Below, one piece after another: positions 30,052-43,078 of a stretch of 64,000 bases of DNA. A model generated the notes under the pieces. It was not told the DNA's origin. It did no database searches and saw only the letters and a list, made by a program, of their open reading frames with translations. The stretch's first letter is position 1; each line of letters starts with the position of its first letter. This DNA is from Eledone cirrhosa (taxonomy: Eukaryota): the NCBI GenBank assembly GCA_964016885.1, contig OZ024743.1:350424001-350488000 (forward strand), written 5' to 3'. A program made the translations under genes and the position numbers.

Positions 30052-30232
30052 AGCAGTATTGGTAGAGGGTCGGACGCCATGCTTTGCAGCAAAGAGTTAC
30101 GTCCCTTTATGGTCTGAGTTCAAATCCCGCCGAGGTTACCTTTGCCTTTCATCCTTACGGGGTCGATAAAATAAAGTCCCAGTAATGTAGTGGGATAATT
30201 GCTGGCCTTGTGCCAAATGTAGAAACAATTAT
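30052..30232 (+). mobile_element. tRNA-SINE, near full length
   Basis: A-box-like gcagtattggtag, B-box GAGTTCAAATCC, conserved body and tail. Confidence 0.88.
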
Positions 30233-30336
30233 AACTCAATGATTCAACCACCATAAATACCCAAACACACACACGCCCACGACACACACGATATATATGC
30301 ATGTATGAATGTATGTATGCATGTATGTATTGTATG

Positions 30337-30408
<72 letters not shown>

Positions 30409-30699
30409 GAGAGAGAGAAAGAAATAACAGGGACTATCATACACACACACACACATACATACACATACACACACATACACACACATATACATATACCCAT
30501 TATCATTATATATATATATCAGGAGGGATTCAATTTGAAACTAGTTAGACCATTACTCAACAGAGTACTCGATACTTGGAGGAGTAGAGTATGGTTATAT
30601 TGTAAAAGGTCAGGTCTCAAAGGCTGAGATCTTACCCTTTGAACAGCTAGTTCCAAATTTCGTCTTGAATTAGGTGTTGAAACTGCAAAAGCTCAGCCA

Positions 30700-31385
30700 T
30701 GTGTGTGTGTGTGTGTATATATATCATATTATACATACATACATCTAATAACTGTATATACACTTGTACAACTACAAAGCATATGCACATGCACACATAC
30801 AAGTGAAAACATACATACAATAACATCCATACCTGCACACACATGCATGCAGACATGCATACATATCTACCTAGTTGATGTTGTGTAAATTCCAATGAGA
30901 GAGTCTTGTATCTATGTTAGAAACCGACTCTCTCTCTCGACTGGCAAAGATTTGTAAAATTATAAAACCAGAAGAACATACAAACATACAACACAACTAG
31001 TTAGGAAATTACAAGTACAATCCATTAATGGAACAGTAAAAATATGTAAAACATTCCAAAAATGTTGCATCTAATAACACATATACACATGCATATACAC
31101 ATGTACAGATACACAGCATATACACATGCACACATACATCTCAAAACATACACATCCACACATACAATAACATCCATATCTACACATGCATGCATGCATA
31201 CATAATCTACCTAGTTGATGGTGGGCAAATTCCAATGAGAGATTCTTGTGTCTATGTTAAAAACCGACTCTCTCTCTATATTGGGGAAAAAAATTTGTGA
31301 AATTATAAAACCAGAAGAACATACATACATACATACATACATACATACATACATACATACATACATACATACATACATACATACA
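30700..31385 (+). mobile_element. Two tandem 3' ends of the R4/Dong family A LINE, ending in (TACA)n
   Basis: Match 13757-14056 (…tccaatgagag…ttagaaaccgactctctctc…ataaaaccagaag). Confidence 0.8.
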
Positions 31386-31649
31386 TTCATATTCATTTAT
31401 GTTAAGGCTAAAAAGTGAATCTTGTTACTTTGGAGTTTCGCATGTATGCTTGTGTGTTTGTCTGTATGTACGTGCATGTGTCTATGGATGTTTGAATTAG
31501 AGGTTAGTGTGTTTGGCGTACGATCGTAATGCCGTTTGTTTACGTAATCGGTGCACGCGTCTATGGAATGCTCTGCCACTTATACGTTAATTTCACAAGA
31601 ATGGAGTTCCCTGGAACACTGTTATATATTTATATATGAACGCTATATA

Positions 31650-31692
<43 letters not shown>

Positions 31693-31969
31693 AATGTGTA
31701 TATATATATATGTATATATATAAATGTGTATATATATATATATATATACATATTTATATATATATACATTTATTTATCTATATGTATATATACAAGTAAT
31801 TATGTATGCTTATATACAGTGACATTCATACATATACCTGTGAGTGTGTGAGTGTGTGTGCGTGCGTGTGTGCGCCTACGTATACGTGTGTGTAAATATC
31901 AATGTGTTACTGTTTTATTGTCTGTTTTTTTTATCTTTTTTCTTTTCTTTTCAAGCCCAGTCTAGAACA

Positions 31970-32369
31970 ATGTATGACGAGAATGATTTGAAAAACCAAG
32001 AACTTTGTGAAGAAGCGAAATGTTTACAACAGCAGAATAGTAAAGTAGGACAACAGCAACTGCAACACACAATACGTGTTCTCTCTATTGAGGATATTCT
32101 TCGAGACGAAAAACCATTTAGTTCTTCACCAGATAAAACTAAAGAAGTTTGTTCTGCCTCTTTTCCACATGAAGACTCCAATGTTTTGAATTCGAACCAT
32201 GCTGAGGTATCTCCATTCAGTGCGGAATTTCAACCAAGGCACACGATGAAAACACTATATGGTCCTTGTTTACCAGCCTGGTCTGTTCCTCAGATGGCGC
32301 CCCCTAATGCAACAACCAATTGGGTATATCCAGCGCTCCTTCAGCGACAGTTGTTCTACGATTTCAGTG
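31970..32369 (+). CDS. Homeobox gene, first coding exon (N-terminus with eh1-like motif)
   Basis: Polypyrimidine tract and AG just upstream (31955 or 31960), ATG at 31970, open frame MYDENDLK...VLSIEDILRD...FYDFS, donor G|GTAAG at 32369/32370 (phase 1). Confidence 0.8.
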
Positions 32370-32774
32370 GTAAGATGTTTTATACTTCATTTTTGAAATA
32401 ATTCTAAAACATGCAAGCTAACAGGGTAGTCTGTTATTCAATCAACAAATCATAATGGTCAGTTCTCCTTCAATTTATATGTTGAAGACGGAAGAAATTA
32501 CACAGGATCGCTCTCATGTGCTGAGTTCGAAATTTTCAAAAGATTGTAACATTGGGTGATGCATATTAATTTCACCAAATTGACTCGCCTCATTGATACT
32601 ACATGAAAAATTGTCTTTAGAGATGATACAGTGGACAACATGGCATGACATCACTATCAAAACCATCTCTAGTAATAGCATCTGTATAAATTGTGAGATT
32701 TGCATGCTTGTATGTAGGTATGTATGTATGTATGTATGTATGTATGTATGTATGTATGTATGTATGTATGTATG

Positions 32775-33830
32775 CTTTCTCTTAATTTCGAGTATATTTT
32801 TTTTGACCGGTCACCTTCCTGGTGGCAAGGTTGTAAAAGAAAAGAAATTGTCATCCCTTGAATCGCAAGAATGTTTTGCAAATTTTGAAGGTGCCAGCTA
32901 TCGCAGCCATTTGTGGACTATGATTTAGGGAGCTGCGCTCTTTGTCCGCAAATCCAAGTTAATCTTACTTTGGTCCAAGCGGGTTGGTATAACCCGTAGC
33001 TCTAATAATGATGGGTATGAAGCTAAAGGTGTATCTTGGATACTGGATTTGTAAACTCCTCATCAATGGTCCGTAGATGTCCTCCTTCTCCTGTATTTTT
33101 CTGACAACGTTTACATCAAGTGGGCAGCTGATGTATGTATATATGTTCTTCTGGTTTTATAATTTCACAAATTTTTGCCAATAGAGAAAGTCGGTTTCTA
33201 ACAAGACTCTCTCATTGGAATTTACACAACAACAACTAGATAGATATGTATGCATGTATCCTTGCATGCATGTGTGTGTGTGCAGATATGGATGTTATTG
33301 TAAGTGTGGATGTGTATGTTTTGAGTTGTATGTGTGCATGTGCATATGCTTTGTATCTGTACATGTGTATATGCAGTTATTAGATGCAGAATTTTGGAAT
33401 GTTTTACAAATTTTTACTGTTCCATTAATGGAATGTACTTGTAATTTCCTAACTAGTAGTGTTCTTTCTGGAGTATCTGCAGATTTCTCATTAGTTCTGC
33501 ATAAATATTCTCCTTTTCGCTAATCTTTGATATTATATTGGCATCTGCTGGACAGCTTACCTCCACTACTGTGTATGCCTTCTTTTCCCTGTCCCATATC
33601 ATTATATCTGGTCTGTTGTGTTTGCATTTTATGTATGTAGGTATGTATTCTCTCTTTCTCTTAATTTTGAGTTTATTTTTGACCAGCCACCTTCCCGGTC
33701 TCTTGAATAAGCGTTCATTCTTTGAATCGCAAGAATATTTTACACATTTTGAAGGTTCCTTTTATCGAGACCATCTGTAGCTTATGAATTAAGGAGCTAC
33801 GTTTTTTTCTTCATTAATCTAAGTGAGGAG
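32775..33830 (-). mobile_element. Cluster of R4/Dong-type LINE 3' fragments (families A and B) in (TGTA)n
   Basis: 32775-33132 matches 11892-12140 and extends it (SCPLDVNV..KIQEKEDIYG); 33145-33630 matches 13495-14056; 33650-33830 is a diverged family B end. Confidence 0.8.
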
Positions 33831-34092
33831 TGATGTGTGGCGGGAACAATCGTTTGTATTTCTGTACATGTTAATGTATACATACGACAGGAAAAACGAC
33901 TGGAATGTTTTACCAATTTTAACACTCATTAATGTATTTTATTGTAATTTCCTAATTCACCGCATCCTTGTCTTTCTTTTTACTATGAATCTATCTATTT
34001 AGCTATCTATCTGTCTACCTATCTATGTATGTATATATGTGTGTATGTATATATGTATGTACGTGTGTATGTATGTATGTATGTATGTATGT

Positions 34093-34830
34093 AATAATTG
34101 TTTCTATTTTTGGCACAAGGCCAGCAATAACCCAGTACATTACTGGTACTTTATTTTGTCGATCCCGTAAGGATGAAAGGCAAAGTTAACCTCGGCGGGA
34201 TTTGAACTCAGACCGTGGTTTCTAACATAGGAAAAAGGCCAAACATAATTAGGGGGAGGAATGTCAATTATATCGGCCCTGTATTTGACTGGTACTTCAT
34301 TTTATTGACATGAAAGAATAAAATGCGAAGTTGACCTTGGTGAAATTTAAATGCTGGAGGTGAAGAACCAAACAAATACTGCTAAACATTTGTCCGACAC
34401 ATGTATCTATGTGTCTATGTAATAATTGTTCTAACATTGGCACAAGGTCAACAATCTGGAGGTAGGAATATGTCGATCATGACGATCCAGTACTTATTTT
34501 GTGTTTTATTTTATCGAAGCCGGAAGTATGAAACCTAAAGTTAACCTCAGCGGGATTTAAACTCAGAATGTAGAAAGTCGTAACGAAATATTTTTGCCTG
34601 ACGCTCTACAGATACTGTCAATCGATCACCCTGTATCTATGTAATAATTGTTTCTATTTTGGGCACAATGCCAGCAATTATCCCAGTGCATTACTGGTAC
34701 TTTATTTTATCTACCCCGTAAGGATGAAAGGCAAAGTTAACCTCGGTGGGATTCGAACTCAGAACGCAAAGGGCCGTAATTCTATGCTGCAAAGCATTAT
34801 TGTGTCCAACCCTCTACCGATTCTGCCAGT
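34093..34830 (-). mobile_element. Cluster of 3-4 tRNA-SINE copies
   Basis: Repeated taattgtttcta...ggcacaaggccagc...aaagttaacctcggcgggatttgaactcaga. Confidence 0.85.
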
Positions 34831-35037
34831 AAAAATACTAATTGTTCGTGACTTTATGAACTATTTAGTAACGCCAAACATCACGATAACCTGTTTCAAT
34901 GTTGTTTAATGCTTTCTCAAATAGACAAATGCTATTTAGCGCTAAAACCTCTACTAATGCCTATATAAGCGTTTGGCTTTAATAAATATACCAGTTATAT
35001 GTAGATTATTTATAATACAAACATGCATTATAATCTA

Positions 35038-35645
35038 TCTATATACTACTAAAACTCTGTGATTGCTTGCTTGCCTGTAATGAAACACAGCCGAAAGGGC
35101 ACATAATGGGAAAATACTTTGAAAAGAGGTTAACCCTGAAATGGAGATACAAATGGAATAAAACAAGTTTCGCCTAAATCAGAACACGGGTTTCCGAGAT
35201 ATGGCGTTTTTTCGGGCAGCTTCATAAACAAAGAGAGAGAAAGATAGAGGGGAACAAATAGTGGTTGTGATAGAGTAGATTGAAAGGGACATAGAGAGAG
35301 GGAGAAGAGACAGAGAAGGAGAATGGAAGAGAACTGGTGGTGTTGTGTATATATATATATGTGTGTGTGTATGTGTGTATATATATGTGTGTGTGTGTCT
35401 ATGACCAGTGCATATAGATCACAGACACCCATATATACACATACATCATATATATATATGTATACACACACACACATTTATATATATACATACACACACG
35501 TATATATATGGGCCTTCCAGTTTCATTTCACATTATATACATGTATGTGTATATTTTAATTATTTAAAAATTATTTTTAAGTGAACATGATTTTTTTTTT
35601 AATATTTTGAAGTGAATGCGACCCAACGGGTCACGGGTGGTCTAG
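35038..35645 (+). mobile_element. Non-autonomous Helitron-like element
   Basis: A|TCTATATAC 5' end; 3' hairpin GCGACCC-aac-GGGTCAC then CTAG|T. Confidence 0.7.
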
Positions 35646-36304
35646 TAGAAAATAACACTTTTTTATCCATAGTTTTAAAAAGAAATATGATGAAGAGATT
35701 AAAAAACGGCAGAATGTACTATTATGCGGTATACAGTATTTATTTACGATGTTTATGTACTTTCTTTGCACTGTTTATTCAGATAGAGACGGGCAGTTAC
35801 AGTGACTCTTTTGAAGGCTATTGTGACTGGTGAGACAACGGAAGGTAGTTATTCTTCAAAATGAAAACCTGTTGCACATGTTACAACAGAGTGAATTCAG
35901 CTAAAGACGTTGAAAATCTAAGTACTATTATTATAATCTAAGTACTAATATTAACTCAGGCAATGGATTAAGTCTACTCCCCAAGTAGGCCACTGCGGGA
36001 ATTGAAATCAGAACACAAAGAATTAAAACAAATACCACAAGGCATTTTATTCGACACTCAAACAATCCCATCAATTTACTTCTGTTGAATGTTTCTTTAT
36101 TTTGTTGAACTAAAAGAATGAAAGACAAATTTGTCCTCAACGTGATTTGATCGTGGAACTTAGAGAGCCGGAACAAAAATCGCAAGGAATTTGGTCCGAC
36201 GGTCTTACTATTTTGCGAATTTTCTGCCCGAAAGCGTTCAGTTATCACTACGTTCATCTTTCATCAATGTAGGTTTTATAAAATAAAGACCACTAATATG
36301 CAAT

Positions 36305-36430
36305 GTCGGACACCATGCTTTGCAACATAAAGTTACGGCCCTTTATTATCTGAGTTCAAATAGCGCCAAGATTAACTTTGCCTTTCATCCTTATGGGGTC
36401 GATATAATAAAGTTCCAGTCACGCACTGGG
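36305..36430 (+). mobile_element. tRNA-SINE, diverged copy
   Basis: tctgagttcaaatagcgccaagattaactttgcctttcatcc. Confidence 0.75.
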
Positions 36431-36869
36431 GTCTATTTAGTCAAAGATTGCTGGCCTTGTGCCTATATAAGAAGCCTATATATTTAATTGACTGCCCTCC
36501 TCTGCTAAGATGTGGTTTTCTGGAAACGTGAGAAATTATACTTAGTATTCTGAACCAAGTGAAATAATAGAATATTTGTATTTTGATTTTGTTTTCTTTT
36601 GAAATGCTATTATTTTCTGAAATTTCCTTTTTTAACGTCAAATATCTTCTGAGTAATGATCTGTTTGTAAATGTATCTGCAAATCTTATTCTTATAATAT
36701 TTCCAGTGCAAAGTTTACTAGGTGTATGTCATGTAAAGCATTTATTGCTTTGTCAACATTCTCAGAATTATAATTTTACTAATTACTGCTCAGTATTAAA
36801 GTATATGATTATGTGCTGGTAAAAGCTTTCAGATAAAATATTTTCTTCATGTAGAGCGATGCTTTAGCA

Positions 36870-37244
36870 CAGAAATTCTCAAACTTTTCGGGCCACACAC
36901 CCACCTCCCTCACTAACGGCCACGTAATAACCTCAGCACCCCAATCCTATTTCCAGAGATACCTGCCTACACGCAAATTGTAAATAATACATAATAAATA
37001 AAATCGTTAATTTATATATAATAAATAGTGTAATATATACTATGTATAAATAAATATTATATATTTTATTATTTTACTATATTATATATTTATCTTTTGA
37101 TATTTGATATACTATTATATCATGTCTACCTCCCTAAAGGGCCCCAGCCCAAACACCCCCCCTTTGGAGCTTCTCAATTATCACACCCACCTACACCCAC
37201 ACACCCACCTCCTGGGGTGGTAGCGCCCACTTTGAGAACCTCTG
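36870..37244. mobile_element. MITE with hAT-like terminal inverted repeats
   Basis: CAGAAATTCTCAAA ... TTTGAGAACCTCTG. Confidence 0.6.
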
Positions 37245-37477
37245 ATGTAGAGCGATACTATAGCAGAATTGGTAGACCGGCGAAAAAATTCCTTATATTA
37301 TATAGTTACGGTCCTCTATTTTCTGATAATTCAAATCCTGTCATAGTCAACTTTATATTTCACATGTTTGTGATCATTAAAATAAGAACCAGTGTTCATT
37401 AAGGTTGACTTTATCGTTTACCGAAAACATGTGGCTTTTTGTCAAAGCTAGAAATTCTTATTTTCTTTTTGACTCAG

Positions 37478-37581
37478 CTCAAAGAAACTTCGCACGTCGT
37501 CAGAGACGGACAAATGTTGAACGAAAACCTCGCCAAGCTTATTCTTCCAAACAGCTCGAAAGACTAGAAACGGAGTTTAAG
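37478..37581 (+). CDS. Homeobox gene exon encoding the N-terminal arm and helix 1 of an ANTP/NK-like homeodomain (Abox/ceh-19-like)
   Basis: Acceptor tttcttttt gactcAG|CT (phase 1, joins the previous exon as GCT=Ala); QRNFARRQRRTNVERKPRQAYSSKQLERLETEFK; donor AAG|GTGAGT (phase 0). Confidence 0.9.
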
Positions 37582-38054
37582 GTGAGTGAAATTTAAATCA
37601 AGAACCATTTGATTGTCTTTTGATAATATATTTATTTTTTAAACAAAGAGATTCTAAAATATTACTTGTATTAGCTGTATTGAAAGAAAACATTTTTCTG
37701 CAATTACAACAATTACATGTATTGTCATGGATGCATGTGATTCATGACGACAAACTGATTTGTCGTCGTAGATTCAGGTTCCAATATATTCCGCGTAAAC
37801 ACTATAGAATGAGAACTACTTTAAGGTGTGCATTATTTCATTGTGCAGACAACTGTAGAGTGAAGACCTGGACCTATAAGAGGTGGGTGTTAGCCGATTC
37901 ATCGGTTCGCGGCGCGTGAAATTATGAGGCCTCCACCTAGAGAACATTTCTCAGCCTTCTCAGACTCCATGAATTTTGTGACGAGCTTTCCCTAACACGG
38001 TTACAGAAGGTGATATTGTGGCGTTTTACAAAATTTTTCTCGAAAGCCTGGTAA

Positions 38055-38450
38055 AAACTACACCAGATTGGAGATTACTATAGAGTGGAGAGTGCTTCAA
38101 ATAGAGATTACACCAGAGTGAGAATTGCTGTAGAGTGGGGAATACACCATAGTGAGGGCTGTTGTAGAGAGAAGACCAGAATGAGGGTTGTTGTAGAGAC
38201 TACACCAGAGTGAGAGCTGTTGTAGAGGGGACTCTATCCCAGAATGAAGGTTACTGCAGCGTAGGTACTACACCAGAGTGAGATTTGCTGCAGATTGGAA
38301 ACAACATAAGAGAGAGGGTCACTGTAGAGTGAAGACTATATCAGAGTGGAGGTTGTTGTAAAGTGGAAACTACACCACAGTGAGGGTTATTGTAGAATGG
38401 AGACTATATCACAATGATAATTGCTATCGAGTAGAGTCTACTTCCAGCGT
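38055..38450. repeat. Degenerate minisatellite, unit ~35-40 bp
   Basis: Recurrent actacaccagagtgagggttgctgtagagtgg-like units. Confidence 0.7.
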
Positions 38451-39009
38451 GTTGAACTACATGCTATATGTTGACATATGTTGACTTGTTAAAATATTCC
38501 TTTTTGGCTTATATGCCTGAAAATAACAATGTTATATTTTTAGTATGTTTTATATTATATTTGACCTGAAATGTGTTTATATAAAACACGTTGTAATGTT
38601 CGTTCGCGATGAACACCGAAAGTACAAAATGCAAATAGTTTTGAAGCCTTATTCGAAAAATAAAATAGAAGAATAACTGCTTTTGGCAACGAAAAGTCCA
38701 TAGACGGCAGTTTTGCTGAGTCGTTAAAGCTTAGAACAAACTGCCTTGCGGTATTTCTTCATTTGCCTTTTATCCTTTCGCGGCTGTTTAAATAAAGTAC
38801 CAATCCAGGGCAGCGAATTGATGCAATATGTATACATACATACACAATACCATAGATGTGGCTCATACTATATCAATTAATATAATGCAAAACACGAGTA
38901 CATTCAAAAGCAACAGCAAAGCATATCAGAAGTGGTGTTAAAAACAGTATATGAAAGTTAAGTACTTCTGTGCATCCGTACAAACTTGTGATCTGAATAC
39001 GCGACCGTT

Positions 39010-39800
39010 TGAAAGTATGGACAAACTATCTAGATGACTCTATGCGGTTGGTCCAGGTCCACATTGGCGTATTAGTGAAATTTAGTCGGTACCAGTCAGA
39101 CAGTTGGAACTCGTTGATCAGGTATTTGAGGCTTTTGGAACCCCCGCTCCTATCAACTATACAATCCCAGCGTGCGTCTAAGATGCCGTTCCAGTCCCCC
39201 GTTAACAGTAAAAGGGTGACACGTTCCCAGAAAGGCTTCTAGGCGTCTAAAGAAATCTGGCCGTCCGGTCCCGGCAGATGCGTGGATGGGCCAAAGGCGA
39301 AAGACACCACCTCCACTATCGTTCACCTCTAGGACCACTAATTTACCATCCGGGTCCCGGAAAATCGACCTTACCTCGAGATCCAGGCCTTTCCTAAACA
39401 GCACTGCCACACCACCTCCCATTCCGGTCGACTAAGAGATATGAAAAATCTGATAGTTATCGAAAATGGGGGCTAGTGCGCGCGTGTCGGAAATCCTGGT
39501 CTCGCTGACGTCAATCATATCCATATCTAGCGACCTGAGGTCATTGTGCAGGAAACCCTGCTTCCAGGACGACCCCCAGACCACAAACATTTAAACATCC
39601 TACTCTCAGTATTACCATGCAGGCAGCCTAATGGAGAGAGGGGAAAGGTTTATTTATCTCCCGGGGTCTTGTGGAGGTCGGGTGGTTCGACCTCCATGGT
39701 CGATAAGTTTTTACATCGGTAATCCCTTTAAAAACCTTCTTGTGGCTTTCACATTAAGGGCCCCACGTCGTCGGGAAAGCTCTCCCAAATGCTTTTGTTA
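39010..39800 (-). mobile_element. Tx1/L1 endonuclease fragment related to the 45314 element
   Basis: GGGVAVLFRKGL...DPDGKLVVLEV...RPDFFRRLEAFLGT parallels 48480-48950. Confidence 0.8.
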
Positions 39801-40308
39801 GTTTTATTGGCATCCACACCATCAGCAGTGTTTGGGGCACTTTGAAGATGCAGGTGCCAAAATTATGTTTGATACTTCATTACGTGTCCTTATTGCAGTT
39901 CTATGAGAAACTAGCAGTGGTACCTGGCGTTGCACGGGATAAGGTATTTTGGAACGCGGGCCTCCAACAGACCTAATCGTGGAAAAACTGCATGCCTGGA
40001 CACGTAATGAAGTATCAAACATCAGTAATAAGTGGCGATGTTAGTATTTATGTAACCACCTTTACTGTTATTACACACCACACATATCATCACAACTACC
40101 AATGCCACCAACAGTACCATCCCCAAAACTATTATCTTGGCTACTATCATCACCACCATCACCGCCACAACTGTTGCTCCCATCACTGCTGCTACCAGCT
40201 CCACTCTTCACCAAACATATCTGTAATCAAATAAACAAAATACAATATCAATATTAGCTTAGTAGATTAAACTGATGGTGACAATGGATTACATAGTGTC
40301 TTCGTTTC

Positions 40309-40393
<85 letters not shown>

Positions 40394-40453
40394 ACTCATA
40401 TATGTGTGTATGTTTGTGTGTTTGTATGTGTGTATGTGTGTATGTGTATGCAC

Positions 40454-40485
<32 letters not shown>

Positions 40486-41160
40486 GATATTAATAAATGG
40501 AAACTATATTTATAAAACCATATTTATTTCATTATACATATTTCAGGGATACCAAATTAAATTATGGTATGCCTTCATCAGACAAAATACAATATATAAC
40601 AGTTTTACAAATAAGCTTTGACGTACCCTATGCAACCATTATTTTTGGAAGCCATCCGGATAGTGAGTTGTTTATATTATTTTAATAAATCATAGTGTGT
40701 TTATATTATTTTAATAAATCATCCTGTCTTTATTTATCTCTTTTTTTTTTCTCCATGCATCTCTCTCTCTCCGATACTTCTCCGCGTTTTTTCTTTCTCT
40801 CTCTCCGTCTTTTTCTTTCTCTCCGTCTTTCTCTAATTGTCCTTAACACTATGATTTATTAAAATAATATAAACAACTCACTATCCGGATGGCTTCCAAA
40901 AATAATGGTTGCATTTTAATAGGGTACGTCAAAGCTTATTTGTAAAACTGTTATATATTGTATTTTGTCTGATGAAGGCATACCATAATTTAATTTGGTA
41001 TCCCTGAAATATGTATAATGAAATAAATATGGTTTTATAAATATAGTTTCCATTTATTAATATCATATATCTACTCCAAATACTTATCGAGTGCTTTATA
41101 TCAGTTATAAAAATATTTACTTGTTGTATCCCAACAATTTTAAATAGAACTTTTGCATAT
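40486..41160. mobile_element. Fold-back HHR element (~210-bp arms, CT-rich spacer) plus GAGTGC tail
   Basis: 40486-40698 is inverted at 40846-41064; (TA)n flanks. Confidence 0.88.
40963..41023 (+). ncRNA. Type I hammerhead ribozyme
   Basis: UUUUGU|CUGAUGA|AGGcAUACCA-loop-UGGUAUcCCU|GAAA|UAUGUA|UA|AUGAAA. Confidence 0.72.
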
Positions 41161-41189
41161 ATATATATATATGAATAAAATTAGAACAA

Positions 41190-41677
41190 GAAGACAGGAA
41201 TGTCCGTCATCAGTGATCTTCCAGCCATCATTCGTATTTCTTCGCATTAAAGACCATATACCTCAGGCACGTGCGAGCAATAACTAAAAAAAGTTATTGG
41301 GACTGGTAGAATTGGGTGTAGAAAGCGAGACATGTAAACAAACAGAGATGGTAATAGCAACAGAAAGAGAGGAAGGAGAGAAGTAAGTCCGTGGTATCTG
41401 TGAACTTAAGTTCGATCAAATCGTGGACGAGAAAAGAAGACACGTCCAGACCCTGTGAAATGTGAGCGAGGTAAGTATTTCACACAGGTCAGACGGGAGA
41501 AAGTGAAAGTGTGGGGAAGAGGTCAGCTGAGAAGGGTGACTGGCAGAGGAGGTGAATGAAGGTAAGAGATACAAGGAAAGAGAAAGAGGATAGCAGTAAG
41601 AAAGAAACAGACTGGTCACAGCGGAGGGGAAAATGTAAATGAAAAATGGCGTGCTGCGTTGTTGCAAATGGGTGCAT
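41190..41677 (-). mobile_element. Probable PLE 3' region (CT-rich) ending in a truncated HHR
   Basis: Pyrimidine-rich - strand like the PLE fragments; terminates gatcaCUGAUGAcGGACA-uucc-UGUC without GAAA. Confidence 0.4.
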
Positions 41678-41818
41678 AGAGTTACGGCCCTTTATGATCT
41701 GAGTTCAAATCCCGCCGAGGTTAACTTTGCCTTTCATCCTTACAGGGTCGATAAAATAAAGTACCAGTAATACACTGGGGTAATTGCTGGCATCGTGCCA
41801 AAAGTAGAAACAATTATT
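41675..41818 (+). mobile_element. tRNA-SINE
   Basis: B-box GAGTTCAAATCC, conserved body and tail. Confidence 0.88.
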
Positions 41819-41949
41819 TTACATATATAATTAATGTTGTTTCTGAAATATTCTCGCATATCTAATATTCTCTGGTATATGGGTTGTTGGGATCTTACTT
41901 CCATTGTGATTTTCGCAGAACAATGAAATCGATTTATTTCGATTTATAT

Positions 41950-42190
41950 ATATATATATTTTAAAGAGTTAAACAAGATTCAATGAGTACATCAGAGAAT
42001 GAGTTTTACAGCGAGTTTGAAAGCACTCTACAGAAATATATAGAGTTATTAATATTAAATTCAAATATTAATAAAATAGATGTTCTTGTGATCAATTAAA
42101 TTTTATTTTACATATTTCTGAAATATGTATAATAAAATCTAATTGATCACAAGAACATCTATCTTGTTAATATTTGAATTTAATATATAT
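41950..42190. mobile_element. Short fold-back with HHR 3' half (GAAA UAUGUA UA AUAAAA) at the apex; GAGTGC tail on the - strand
   Basis: ~42051-42118 inverted at 42120-42187. Confidence 0.7.
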
Positions 42191-42295
42191 ATTGGTGTTT
42201 GAAGCGTTAAACTAATATATTTCTTCCATTTACTGAGCCGTTTGTTTTGTTATCTTCGTTAACTGTTTACTCATACATAAATATATATATATATA

Positions 42296-42922
42296 TATAA
42301 TGCTCGGTGTGTTTGTAAACAAACATCCCGTATTAAGCCGTAGTGTCCAGCAACCATCGTTGTTCGTTTGTTCAACACTGACAAACACACCGAGCATTAT
42401 AATAAATGTTCGGTGAATCCATACGTACATATATATATGTTTGCATGTATGTATATATACATACTACTGTACGTCTGTATACATATATGTATGTACGTGT
42501 ACATACATATATTTAAGTAACAGCCGTACTAAGAGTGGGAAATGAAATTTCGTTTCATTTTTTCCGTTTATCGTTTTCGGTGCACACGGCCGATTAACCC
42601 ACTTGATATGCAAATTGGGCTACTCAGCCGTTAATATGCATAAGGTAAGTATATACGTTAAACAATCTGGCAGGAAGGTATACGTTGCTGACGATAGCTA
42701 ACAAGCTTGAAACTAGTACAGCGTTCCTTTGTCAGTGTCGAACAAACGAGCAACCATGGTTGCTGGACACTACAGGTTAATACGGGATGTTTGTTTACAA
42801 ACACACCGAGCATTATAATAAATGTTCGGTGAATCCATACGTACATATATATATGTTTGCATGTATGTATATATATATAGTACTGTACGTCTGTATGCAT
42901 ATATGTATGTACGTGTACATTA
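42296..42922 (+). mobile_element. HHR element: short inverted arm plus ~1.3 copies of a 416-bp monomer
   Basis: acaaacacaccgagcattat at 42381 and 42797; homologous to 17231-17702. Confidence 0.85.
42683..42723 (+). ncRNA. Minimal type I hammerhead ribozyme
   Basis: CGUUG|CUGACGA|uAGC-uaacaa-GCUu|GAAA|CUAG|UA|CAGCG. Confidence 0.72.
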
Positions 42923-43029
42923 TATTCTAAAGATATTTATGTATAATTACATACATGTTGTTGCTCAATAAAGTTAGTAGTTTTGTTATTAAAAGCATTT
43001 TAATTTGCTTCCAAACTTATACCTTACCT

Positions 43030-43078
<49 letters not shown>

